NCBI GenBank assembly: GCA_965198115.1
Contig: OZ240241.1
Coordinates: 5,024,001-5,088,000 of the forward strand
Direction of reading: 5' to 3'
Source: Candidatus Latescibacterota bacterium
Lineage (GTDB): Bacteria > Latescibacterota > UBA2968
DNA length: 64,000 bases
Position 1 is the stretch's first letter. Each line of letters opens with the position of its first letter. Positions 28,725-38,447 of this stretch are shown piece by piece. The translations under genes were made by a program, and so were the position numbers. The notes beneath the pieces were generated by a model. That model ran no database searches and had not been told where the DNA came from. It was given only the letters and a program-made list of their open reading frames with translations.

Positions 28725-30662
28725 TCAAAAAGGCCCATTGTGATACGAAGGTTCGTTCGCGTACCGCTGCGTTTCCAGGTCCAGGCAGATCTCCATTCCC
28801 GGGGGTAACTCGATGGTCAGGTGGGTCCCGTCGACGTCGATCATACGCTCCTTTGAAGTGATCGGTGGCGGCGCGTAGGTTCCCGCATACCCCCCAAGAT
28901 GTCCGGGCCACTCGCTGGTGCGGCCGGCATACCTCGCGCTACTAAACCTGTGCTCGCCGAACGCCCCCGCCTGCAATACCAGCTCCCGCGGCTGATTGGT
29001 GTTCAGGTTCACCAGCCGCACAACCGTGCGATTCGCTTCCAGCTTTTCTACCAAGGCGCCCACATCTTCCGGTAGACCGGGTCGCTTCCGCTGCACGTCG
29101 TAGTACTTCAGCCGGGTGTGCAACAGACCGCCGTTGTAAATCGGCTGTGGGCCTCCCAAGGTCAGCTGAATCAGCGCCTCTGACGACACAGGGTTGCCCC
29201 ACTGCCACTGGTGGATGTGGTGTCGGGTGCCGACGTCCTGGTCTTCGCGGACGAGGGCGTTGCGGCGGTTGACGATCTGATGGGTGGCGTGCAGCATGCG
29301 CTCGGGGAAGTCGGGGTTGTCGCCGGCAAGGTAACGCACCCAGGGCTGCTCGTGGGCGGAGTCCTCTTTGTTGTGGAACGGGAAGACCGAGTTCCAGTCG
29401 TGGATGTCGCCTTCGCGCACTCGTTCGACGCTCTGCCAGTCGCGGTCGTCCATCGACAGGTACCACAGGCTCACGGGATAGACCGAGCTCATGGGCTGCC
29501 AGTCGAACCAGCCGGCGTCGCCGTAGCGGTAGGGGACGAGGAAAGTCTTCTGTCCCGGCTCCAGGGCCGCGAATTGATCGGTCCAACGCTCGCTGACGCT
29601 CATCTGCTCGGGGGTGACTTCGCGCATCTCCCCAAGATCGAGGATGCGCTCCTGCTGGGTGCGCGCGAGGTCGAGGTAGTCGGTGTCGCGGGTGAGCAGC
29701 AGGGCGTTGGCGACGGCGTCGAGGATAGCAAACTGCATGGTCAGGAAGCCGTGAGGGAAAGTCCATCCCAGCACGCCGCCATACCACTTGCCATCGAGGT
29801 ACTCTCCGACCTTGCCGCTGTGCCCGACCTGGTCGGGCAGCAGGCCGCCGTTGTCGCGGGCCCGTTGATGCCAGACGTCCGTATACTCGACCACCCAGTC
29901 GCGGTACTTCTCGTCGCCGGTCAGCAGGAAGGCGTTGGTCATCAGCGAAGTGAGCCCCAGGTTGGTCGGGGTGTCTCCCTTGTACCAGCGGTCGAACAGG
30001 GCCTGGCCCATCGCTTTGGCTTTGGCCGGGTCGGCGAGGTCCTGCACGCTCTCGATGCCGGGGATGTCGAAAAACGGCAGGCTGTAGCGCTCCATCGTGC
30101 CGCCAAGAGGGGCGTAGCTGGCGTGCTCGCGCTCCTCCATCGGACGGTAATGCGGCCCCTTGCTGCCGTGGTGGCCGTTGAAGACGATCTTGAGCTCGGG
30201 GTCCCAGTTGATGGCCTCGGGATCTTCATTCAAGTAAAACCCGGCGAACCGGCGGGCGCGCGTCACACTGACGGGATTCCGCGGGTCGGCCGTGCAGAGG
30301 TTGTAAAACGCGATGTCGGACTCCGACTGGTGCATGTTGTCGGCGTCCATGCCGTATTCCTTGTAGACGGTGCCCATTCGAGTCAGTTGGCGGGTGACGG
30401 CGTTCCACTGGCGGTGGGCCTGCGATAGCAGGTGTTCGGCACCGCCCATCAGGTAGACCGTCGGCCAGTTGAAGAAGGGCTCGTAATAGTCGTCGTGGCT
30501 CCCACCGCCCCAGGCGTCGTCCCAGATGAACTCGCCGTCCTCGCGGGTGAAGTGGTCGAGAAAGGGGTAGACGGACTCATTTATGGCGTCGAACAGATGG
30601 CGCTCCCAGAGCGCCCAGTTCGGCTGGGAAGTCGAAGGCAGGTCGGCGACGATTTTTGGCAT
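28725..30662 (-). CDS. Conserved hypothetical protein, probable (alpha/alpha)-toroid fold
   Basis: Long ORF with strong coding-like codon bias; DDYYEPFFNWP, LLTGDEKY and GKWYGG motifs. Confidence 0.75.
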   Translation of the reverse strand: MPKIVADLPSTSQPNWALWERHLFDAINESVYPFLDHFTREDGEFIWDDAWGGGSHDDYYEPFFNWPTVYLMGGAEHLLSQAHRQWNAVTRQLTRMGTVYKEYGMDADNMHQSESDIAFYNLCTADPRNPVSVTRARRFAGFYLNEDPEAINWDPELKIVFNGHHGSKGPHYRPMEEREHASYAPLGGTMERYSLPFFDIPGIESVQDLADPAKAKAMGQALFDRWYKGDTPTNLGLTSLMTNAFLLTGDEKYRDWVVEYTDVWHQRARDNGGLLPDQVGHSGKVGEYLDGKWYGGVLGWTFPHGFLTMQFAILDAVANALLLTRDTDYLDLARTQQERILDLGEMREVTPEQMSVSERWTDQFAALEPGQKTFLVPYRYGDAGWFDWQPMSSVYPVSLWYLSMDDRDWQSVERVREGDIHDWNSVFPFHNKEDSAHEQPWVRYLAGDNPDFPERMLHATHQIVNRRNALVREDQDVGTRHHIHQWQWGNPVSSEALIQLTLGGPQPIYNGGLLHTRLKYYDVQRKRPGLPEDVGALVEKLEANRTVVRLVNLNTNQPRELVLQAGAFGEHRFSSARYAGRTSEWPGHLGGYAGTYAPPPITSKERMIDVDGTHLTIELPPGMEICLDLETQRYANEPSYHNGPF

Positions 30663-30683
30663 GGTTTGATTCACCGGTGAGGA

Positions 30684-32069
30684 TCAGGGTTCCGTTGAAA
30701 ATCGAAAACTGTAGAGGTCTGCTTCCTGCAGTTCACACTGCAAACGGATGGGATGTCCGGACAGAGAACCGACGTCGGGGTTTCCATTCCAATCAACGGT
30801 GTGGTCGATGCTGTCGCCATAAGTCGGCGGGGTGACGGAGAGACCCGGAATCGAGGCTCCGGACGCATCGAGCAAGGCCATTCGGATGGATCCCGCGGCA
30901 CTGGTGGAAAAGTTGATCTGAAGACGATTGCCTTCAAAGGTGAAAGGGTGGGTGATGAGGGTGCCGGGTGTTGCGGTGGCGTGGATGGAGGTGAATCCAT
31001 CCTGGCGGAGGGTGAATCGTCGAATGTGATTGTGGTCGGTGCGGTAATTCTGAACGGAGTAGAAGGAGAGCTCGCCCGGCCCGGTGGTGAGCACCTGCGG
31101 GACGATAAAGATGGATCGTTCGTGCCAATTGTGCGGGTCCAGGCCGGGCCGCAAATAGGCTTCGGGACAGGGTTGGGTGTAGTTGAGGCCATCTCTGCTG
31201 GCCAGGAAGAGAATGTCGGAAAGGCCGTCGTGTCCCCAGCCCTCGGGCGTGCGGTCGGGCAGGAAGCGTTTGGGAAACATCAGGTAGAAGGGCGCGTGTT
31301 CGTAGGGGTGACCGGCATTGGTGTAGAGGTGATGGGGGTATCGCGCGCTGCCGTCGATCGTGATGTACTGCCAGGGATCCCAGTGGATGAAGTCTTCCGA
31401 GGTCGTCCTGCGTATGGCCCGGATGCGGGGTTCCTGACCGTCGGGATGGTGGCCGCGGATGTAGAGTACATAGCGATTGTTGGGCGCATCCCAGAAGGCA
31501 CTCAACGGACTGTCGAAGTGAGGATCTTCTTCGGAGGCAACGATGAGAGGCCCGTCGTGCGCGTCTTGCCAGTGGATGCCGTCGGGAGAGACCAGGCCGT
31601 AGATACGGGAAGGAGAGCCGCTCGTCCAACGACCCAGGGCTTTGTAACGTTCGGTGTCGGGCACACCCGGGCGGGCGTCGATGAAGACGGAGACGTTTTT
31701 GGTGTTGGGGTTGTCGATGCAGACGTTGTTGTCTTTGGAGCCTTCGAATTCAAACAGGCCCAGGTTCGGCCGGTGCCACGTGATTCCGTCCTGGCTTTCT
31801 GCGTAGGCGGTGAAGGTGGGGCCATAGTCGCCGACCTTCTTCTGCGGACCCTGAGCGCGGTACCACATCTGGTATTTGTCGTCTGTCCTTAGGATGACCG
31901 GACACCAGCTGGTATTCCCTTCCCACGGTTTGTCGAGGGTGAGTACGGAATTCCTGCGAGTGGGTTCGTGCTGCTTGAGGTACAGGTTGTCCAGCTGCTC
32001 GATGAGGAGGTCGTCAACAAACAGCTGGCGGGTAGACTGAATGGCGATGGGTTCACCGGGTGTGGGCAT
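30684..32069 (-). CDS. GH32-like beta-propeller plus beta-sandwich protein
   Basis: RQLFVDD, YAESQDGITW, LRQDGF and ADLYSFRF; AAGGA RBS. Confidence 0.7.
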   Translation of the reverse strand: MPTPGEPIAIQSTRQLFVDDLLIEQLDNLYLKQHEPTRRNSVLTLDKPWEGNTSWCPVILRTDDKYQMWYRAQGPQKKVGDYGPTFTAYAESQDGITWHRPNLGLFEFEGSKDNNVCIDNPNTKNVSVFIDARPGVPDTERYKALGRWTSGSPSRIYGLVSPDGIHWQDAHDGPLIVASEEDPHFDSPLSAFWDAPNNRYVLYIRGHHPDGQEPRIRAIRRTTSEDFIHWDPWQYITIDGSARYPHHLYTNAGHPYEHAPFYLMFPKRFLPDRTPEGWGHDGLSDILFLASRDGLNYTQPCPEAYLRPGLDPHNWHERSIFIVPQVLTTGPGELSFYSVQNYRTDHNHIRRFTLRQDGFTSIHATATPGTLITHPFTFEGNRLQINFSTSAAGSIRMALLDASGASIPGLSVTPPTYGDSIDHTVDWNGNPDVGSLSGHPIRLQCELQEADLYSFRFSTEP

Positions 32070-32250
32070 GTAAAGCCGTTCCTTTAGTGATCAGAAAAGG
32101 GGCTATCCGCTGAGAGCGGAAGAGTGCCCAAGTGTATAAGGGAAAGAACTTCATAGTGGAAAGGCCCCTGGCGGAGGTCAGCCGATAAAACAGTCAGCCC
32201 GCCACTCCCGAATCGCGTTAGCAGTTAACCTATCCTTGGCGCAGCTAAGG

Positions 32251-33075
32251 TCAGCTTCTCGGAAAAGAGTCGGCACGATTCCAGAGGTACGGGGCCTCGA
32301 GGATGCGCCGTTCTTCGGAGGTCCAATCATCTTCAGCGCTGTGTGAGGGTCGAGGGTAACCGCCATCGGGTTCCTCGAGTTTGTCTTCCCGATAGCGCCC
32401 CACGAACGCCATGTGACCCGGGGTGTAGCGGTAAAAGAGCGCACGACGCTCATGATCTGCCGCCCACGGCAGCGTACCGTGCGTGAGTGCTTCGGTGAAA
32501 ATAACCGCCGAACCCGCTTTCTGTGGCACGTGCTGAAGCCATGGCCCCATTTTCTCAAGGGAAACGAAACTCGACGGGCAGGCGAAATTGCTCTTGTGGC
32601 TACCCGGCAACACGCAGAGACCCCCGTCCGTCTCGCCGACATCGCACAACGCGTACTCGACGACCAGGAGTTCGGAGTGAATCTGTCCGTCGGCGACCTC
32701 ATAGCGGATCCCGGGTTGCCACGGAACCGCACCACCGTGCAGCTCAAAAGGCCCTCCGCCTTTTTTCATGAGCATTGCGTGACCGTGGTCGTAACGGAGC
32801 TGGTTACCAAGAAGGTCGGCGAGATACGGGACGATGCGAGGGTGGCCGACCAGTTGCCGAAATGGCTTGGCAAAACGGTGTAGAGGCCCGGCCGACATCT
32901 GGCGGTCGCCGTTCTTCCAAAAGTCGAAGAAACGATCCTGCTCTGCGGGTTCGTCCCAGAGGTCGTACTCATCGAGCATGTGATTGAGGTCGCTCAACTC
33001 GTCGGGCTTGAGCACATCGTCGATCACAACGTAGCCCTGTAGATCGAAGAGATAGCGCTCTTCATCGGTCATCAT
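32251..33075 (-). CDS. Phytanoyl-CoA dioxygenase family enzyme with HxG metal motif
   Basis: FDLQGY, LHGG in place of HxD, GGLCVLPGSHK, LTHG and ERR. Confidence 0.88.
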   Translation of the reverse strand: MMTDEERYLFDLQGYVVIDDVLKPDELSDLNHMLDEYDLWDEPAEQDRFFDFWKNGDRQMSAGPLHRFAKPFRQLVGHPRIVPYLADLLGNQLRYDHGHAMLMKKGGGPFELHGGAVPWQPGIRYEVADGQIHSELLVVEYALCDVGETDGGLCVLPGSHKSNFACPSSFVSLEKMGPWLQHVPQKAGSAVIFTEALTHGTLPWAADHERRALFYRYTPGHMAFVGRYREDKLEEPDGGYPRPSHSAEDDWTSEERRILEAPYLWNRADSFPRS

Positions 33076-33144
33076 AGAGAAGTCTCTCCTTGTCTATGTC
33101 GTAGTCTGAACCGCTGCGGATAGGAAGAATAAGGGAGTGCCTTA

Positions 33145-34406
33145 GTACTCCTGTTCTCAAATACGGTGACGTATTCTAAGCAGACTTTGCCAAGGGCGTA
33201 TCGTAGAACCTGAGTTTGTCGATCATCTCCGCGAGATCTGTTCGTGTGAACTTCCATTTGAAGGGTGTGGCGATACGTCCGTAGCGTTCCTGAAAACCGA
33301 GGATTCTTGCCTCAAGCTCTTCGAGCGATGCAAATTCGATAGGTGTCAGAGCCTTGCGTTTGAGGATCGAGAAGTAGATCTCGATCTGATTGAGCCAGCT
33401 TGCGTGGATCGGAAGGTGAACGGGGTGGATGTTTGGCCACTTCCCCTGGATACGGTCGATGCATGTTTGCCCTCGGTGCGAGGAGCCATTATCCACGATG
33501 AGGTAGACTTTCTTTGCCGAGCAATAGGGTTTCCGGCTCATGATCAGGCTCAGGAGCCGGTTGAAGGGCTCGATACCCGAAGAAGACTCACAGAGACCGA
33601 AGATTCGACCATTGTGCACGTCGAGAGCAGCCAGATAGGCCAGGGCTCCTTTCCGCTCGTATTCGTGTTTCAACGCGTGCCGCTCTGTTCGAGGCTGGCG
33701 GTAGGGTAACGTGCTTGCGAGCTCGTGCTTGAATACTGGTCTTTTCGTCGGCAGAAAGTACATATTCCCTCGGCCCTAAAGGCTTTCCTTGCCATTGGCG
33801 GTGATACAGATCAAGGACTCTACCTGCTTTGGTTTGGAAGTCCGGGTCCCGTGGGAAAATCCAGGAGCGATGATACCAAGGACGAATCGCGTCCTCGTTC
33901 AACCAGCGCCAGACAGTGGCGCCGCTGATCTTGGCAACGAAGCCCCTTTGCACTGCCTCGGCGGCAATCTCGGAACAGCTGAACCGCGAGAGCGGTATCC
34001 CGCTCTCGCTCGGTAGTTCACACGCCAGCGCCTTGATCTGAACGACCACCTGAGGGGGGAAAACCGGGCGGGCGCCCGGGACGAGATCTATCTTCGAGTC
34101 CCGAAAGACGCTCTTCGAAAAAGCGCTTACGCCATTTGCTTACGATCGGACGCGGGACATCCAACCGTTGGGCGATAATCTTGTTGGATAATCCCTCGGC
34201 GGCGAGAAGCACGATTTTCGATCGGATCACTTGATAATACGGTAACGTATATTGTCCAGCCATTCGCTCGAGGTCGACCCGTTCCTTCTCAGACAGTAGC
34301 ACCACATAAGGCGAACGTCTTGGCATTGTTCTCCTCCTTTTGAAGGAGAACATAAGCTACAAATAATGTTCAGGACATACGTAATAATATTTATTATACC
34401 ATGCAC
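33145..34406 (-). mobile_element. IS630-family element flanked by TA
   Basis: TA at 33143-44 and 34407-08 (empty site CTTAAG); weak IRs sharing TAGT.., AAATA and ACGTAT. Confidence 0.8.
33176..34326 (-). CDS. IS630 transposase: HTH orfA (34326-34018) and DDE orfB joined at a TTTTCCCCCC run, with an extra 1-nt insertion near 33669
   Basis: SADEKT, VDNGSSH and WLNQIE DDE motifs spread over two frames; KWRKRF..G HTH. Confidence 0.85.
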
Positions 34407-34477
34407 TAAGTCTACGTACCATCGGGAACGGACAGGCCGCGCGACAGCATCCAGTGAGTTCGGCTTGACAGAAAGGA

Positions 34478-34513
34478 AAGAGCCCCGAGTGCGAAATCGC
34501 ACCCGGGGCTCTT
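34478..34513 (-). terminator. Terminator hairpin after the oxidoreductase operon
   Basis: AAGAGCCCCGAGTGCG..CGCACCCGGGGCTCTT, followed on the minus strand by TCCTTTC. Confidence 0.75.
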
Positions 34514-34534
34514 CGAGGTACTGGACCACTCTTG

Positions 34535-36103
34535 CTAGATAATTCCAGCCATCTCCTGCAAGGTCCGCCAGTTCTGAAGCCGATCATCCTGCGCGGCGAG
34601 GAGCGTTTCGCTCGGGTTGCCGTCCGCGTCGAAGTGCTTGGAGAAGCGACCTTCGGTGCGGGCGAAAGCGACGAAGTCGACGAGCTCGTTCGTCTTCCGA
34701 ACCTTGTACCAGTCGTCGTTGACGGCCGGGTTGCCTCTGAGCGAGAGGCGCTCTTTGATGCGCTCGCCTTCGCGCGGGTCGTAGATGAAGATCGGGAAAG
34801 CGCGCGATTCCATCGCCAGCTTGGCCTGGTGGCCGGCCATGTGGTCGGCCACGCCGTGCTCGGGCTGGCAGGTGGTGAAGACGTTGATGACGGCCGGGCC
34901 GGGGTACTCGTTGGCGGCCATGATGGCTTTGTAGAAGTGGTTGGGCAGCGTGCAGATGGTCTGCGCGACGAACACGTCGGGGTGCATCATACAGATGTTC
35001 CCCAACTCTTTCCGACGCTCCGTCTTGCCTGGGATCGCCGAGCCGTGGACGGACATCTTCGTGTTCTGGCCCATGTAAGATGAAGTCGAGGCCTGTCCGC
35101 CCGTGTTCGAGTAGACCTGGGTGTCGAGGACGAGGACGTTGATGTCCATGCCGGACATGAGCATGCGTGAGAGCGCCTGGAAGCCGATGTCGAGCATGGC
35201 GCCGTCGCCGCCGAGAACCCACAGCTTCTTGTCTTCCCATCCCATCTGATCCCAGCGGGCGCGGACGCCCATGGCGTCGGTCGGGCCGTTCTCGAACAGC
35301 GAGTTGGTCCAGGGGATCGTGTAGGGGTTGTAGGGGTACGTGGAGGTGTAGACGGTGTTGCAGCCGGTCGAGGCGACCATGCCGATGCTGTCATCCCCGT
35401 AGGTGAAGCCGGTGGCGGCGAGCATCATGCGGATGGCGGTCGCTTCTCCGCATCCCATGCAGGAACCGGCGCCGCCCACGTAGAGGAGCGAGCGGTCGGT
35501 GAGCATCATGTCCTGCACGGACTTTTCGATGAGATATTCTTTCGGCGATTCGGGCAGGTCGTTGTAGAACTGCCACGCGTTGCGGAACTCTTCGAGGTTC
35601 TCTTCGGTCTTGTCGATCATCTTGAGGGCGTCTTTGTCGGCGCAGACTTCGACACACTCGGCGCAGCCTTTGCACTTCGTGGGATCGATAAAGATGCCGA
35701 AGTAGGCGCCTTCCTTGCCCTTTTTCTCGAAGTTCTTGTGATACTTGGTCGTTTCGACGAACTGGTTGCGGAGGAACTCACGCGTGTCGGGATCCTGAGT
35801 TTTGGCGAGGGTTTCCTCGAGCTGATCCTTTGTGGCGATCTTGCCGAGGATGGCCGTGTCGGGGCATTCGGTCACGCAGTCCATGCACCCGACACAATTC
35901 TCCACTATGAACTCTGGGATTTCGGGCGCGATGTAGCTGAAGTCGCGGAGGGCGCCACTGCCCGGGGCCATCAGACTTCGGGCGACGGTGACGTCGGCGG
36001 GCAGCCCCTTTTCGGCCGATCCGGTGTTGTAGGCCCGCACGATGCGTTCGTTGAAGTCTTCGATGTCGATCAGTTCGTCGAGGTTGGGTGAAGTCGTTGC
36101 CAT
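34535..36103 (-). CDS. 2-oxoacid (pyruvate):ferredoxin oxidoreductase, fused delta (2x[4Fe-4S]) and beta (TPP-binding) subunit
   Basis: CVGCMDCVTECP, CKGCAECVEVC, SCMGCGE, GGDG and YSNTGGQ motifs. Confidence 0.92.
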   Translation of the reverse strand: MATTSPNLDELIDIEDFNERIVRAYNTGSAEKGLPADVTVARSLMAPGSGALRDFSYIAPEIPEFIVENCVGCMDCVTECPDTAILGKIATKDQLEETLAKTQDPDTREFLRNQFVETTKYHKNFEKKGKEGAYFGIFIDPTKCKGCAECVEVCADKDALKMIDKTEENLEEFRNAWQFYNDLPESPKEYLIEKSVQDMMLTDRSLLYVGGAGSCMGCGEATAIRMMLAATGFTYGDDSIGMVASTGCNTVYTSTYPYNPYTIPWTNSLFENGPTDAMGVRARWDQMGWEDKKLWVLGGDGAMLDIGFQALSRMLMSGMDINVLVLDTQVYSNTGGQASTSSYMGQNTKMSVHGSAIPGKTERRKELGNICMMHPDVFVAQTICTLPNHFYKAIMAANEYPGPAVINVFTTCQPEHGVADHMAGHQAKLAMESRAFPIFIYDPREGERIKERLSLRGNPAVNDDWYKVRKTNELVDFVAFARTEGRFSKHFDADGNPSETLLAAQDDRLQNWRTLQEMAGII

Positions 36104-36127
36104 TGATTTCTCCAAAAAAGGGGTGGA

Positions 36128-38146
36128 TCAGCAGCCGAGGGAGATCATGCCGGCCGGGAGCTCGTCTGTCTCCTGGTCGATCGTGCTTTCGACCAGGTCG
36201 CGGGGGACCTCGAAGACTTCATCGTAGCCGCGACGGATCGCCCTGAGGTTCGACTCGACGACGTCTTCGCCCTTGCTGCCCCAGTACTTGCGGACGGCCT
36301 CTTCGACTTTCACGAACAGCTCCTCGTCACTCAGCTCCAGGTCTTGCTGGAAGGGGGTGTGACGGAGGAAGATGCCGAGGAGGACGATGCCCTGGAAGCG
36401 CTGCTCGAGGTCGGGCGTCGGGGCCTCTTCGCGGGCGATGCGGACGGCGTTGAGGGCGAGAACCTTGATGTCGCGGGTCCGCACCATCTTCTTCGCCCAA
36501 TTGGGGACGCGCGTCCACACTTCTTCGGCGTTCGGCTGGTTGCTCTGGACGAAGACCATCCCGCCGTCGACCATGCCGGCCAGAGGGTTGGACGTGTTGA
36601 AGGCGTTGATGTCGTTGACGGGCACGAAGTGCACGCGTTCCAACTCGGAGTGCGTGCGGATCGGCTCGTTCGCCGCCGTCAGGTAGTAAGTCGTGGGTAG
36701 GCCCTTCTTTTCCGACCCGTACTTGGGATAGGCCTGCACGTCGAGCCCAAGGTTGGCCAGGAGTGTGGCGATGACCTTGTTCGTCGTGACGGAGCCGTAG
36801 CCGCCGATGGAGTGGCCGCGCATGGCGTATTCGCCGGCGGGCCGAACGTCGGGGTCCTCTTCCCGCTCTAGCGCCGTTTCGTGGTCGATGCCGAGGGAGT
36901 AGAAGGCACGGGACGTGCCGTTGGCCATCATGTTTCGGACGGTGGCGATGAAGTCGCCGGATCGCACGTCGCGGCTACCGAGGCCGGCGACCCCGGACTG
37001 AATGATCGGAATCCGGTCGATCGTCGGGTAGCCCTCGATGCCGACCATGGCGTCGGCATAGGCAGCCTTGAGCTCGGCCGTGAGCGGGTTCGATTGGGCA
37101 AGCGGGTTGTCCATCCGCTCGATCACGGAGATGGCCTTCGCGTGCTTCGTGGCTTCGATCAGCTGCTTGGCCGGGAACGGGCGGAACGAGGTGACGTGGA
37201 GGGCGCCGACCCGGAGACCTTCGTTGTCGCGGAGATGGTCGACGGCGACGAGAGCCGTTTCGAGCATGCTGCCCATGCCGACGAGGATGAAGTCGGCATC
37301 CTCGGTCCGATAGCAGTCGATCTGACCGTACTTACGGCCCGTGAGGTCGTAGAATTCGTCGAAGGCGGTGTCGAGGATGTCGGGAAGGACGTCGTAGAAG
37401 TAGCGCTGCGCGATCTTCCCCTTCATGTAGCTGTCCTGGTTCTGGACGACGCCACTCATGATGGAGGTCTCCGGGTCCATGAGGTTCCGGATCTTGTCCT
37501 CCGGCTTCCCGACGTAGTCCTTCATCATGTCGGGTTCGATGGCGAAGACGTTCTGGACCGTGTGCGTCGTGAGGAACCCGTCCTGAACGTTCATGAACGG
37601 GGTTTGCGAGTCCTCGGCAGCACGGCGGCAGATAAGGGATAGGTCCATCGCTTCCTGCGTGTTCCGAGCGAAGAGCATGCCCCATCCGCAGTCGGCGACG
37701 GCCATGACGTCGTCGTGGCCGGCGTGCACGTTGAGCGACTGGGAGGTGAGGGCACGAGCGCCGATGTGGAAGACGGTGGGCAGGCGCTTTCCGGAGATCG
37801 TGTAGAGCACCTCCTTCATGAGCACGAGGCCCTGACCCGATGTGAAGTTCGTAACCCGGCCACCCGCGACAGCGAATCCCTCCGAAGCGGAGGCCGAGCT
37901 GTGCTCGGACTCAGGCTCGAGGAAAATCAGGGTGTCCCCCCAGAGGTTCTTCTGTCCGTTGGCTACAAACGCCGCGTATTTTTCACCCAGAATGGAAGAT
38001 GAAGTGATGGGGAAAGAGCAGGCTGCCTGGCTGATGTTCTTCTCGACCCAGATGACGGCATCGCCGCCATCTCCTACATTGGGAATCCCTGGGTAAGGAA
38101 ATGCAGCCGGGGCCTCGGTAATGGTCGCTTGGGCAGTCTCGGCCAT
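36128..38146 (-). CDS. 2-oxoacid (pyruvate):ferredoxin oxidoreductase, fused alpha and gamma subunit
   Basis: FPITS, ESEHS, TSGQGL, ARAL, DGFLTTH, GGYGSVT and KYGSEKKG motifs. Confidence 0.92.
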   Translation of the reverse strand: MAETAQATITEAPAAFPYPGIPNVGDGGDAVIWVEKNISQAACSFPITSSSILGEKYAAFVANGQKNLWGDTLIFLEPESEHSSASASEGFAVAGGRVTNFTSGQGLVLMKEVLYTISGKRLPTVFHIGARALTSQSLNVHAGHDDVMAVADCGWGMLFARNTQEAMDLSLICRRAAEDSQTPFMNVQDGFLTTHTVQNVFAIEPDMMKDYVGKPEDKIRNLMDPETSIMSGVVQNQDSYMKGKIAQRYFYDVLPDILDTAFDEFYDLTGRKYGQIDCYRTEDADFILVGMGSMLETALVAVDHLRDNEGLRVGALHVTSFRPFPAKQLIEATKHAKAISVIERMDNPLAQSNPLTAELKAAYADAMVGIEGYPTIDRIPIIQSGVAGLGSRDVRSGDFIATVRNMMANGTSRAFYSLGIDHETALEREEDPDVRPAGEYAMRGHSIGGYGSVTTNKVIATLLANLGLDVQAYPKYGSEKKGLPTTYYLTAANEPIRTHSELERVHFVPVNDINAFNTSNPLAGMVDGGMVFVQSNQPNAEEVWTRVPNWAKKMVRTRDIKVLALNAVRIAREEAPTPDLEQRFQGIVLLGIFLRHTPFQQDLELSDEELFVKVEEAVRKYWGSKGEDVVESNLRAIRRGYDEVFEVPRDLVESTIDQETDELPAGMISLGC

Positions 38147-38447
38147 ACGAATCCTTCTCCCGCGGTTATGAGTCACTCCGTTGGATCACGGAAAATTGTT
38201 AAGAACAGCTTATACGAAAAACTTCATTTAGCTCACTAAAGGTAGGGGCATCTGGAGGTGATAGCAAGGGCAATCCTATCATTTTTATCCGTGACAAAAC
38301 GTCTGTAACATCAGAAGATCCTCGAATAAAGGGGGTTTCGGGGCTGCCCCTGGCGATCGAATTTGGCAAAAAAGTGTAGTCATCCGTCCGTCAAGGTGTA
38401 GGACAACGGGTCTTTCGACGCTGAGGTATCGGTCCTATATTCTCGGC

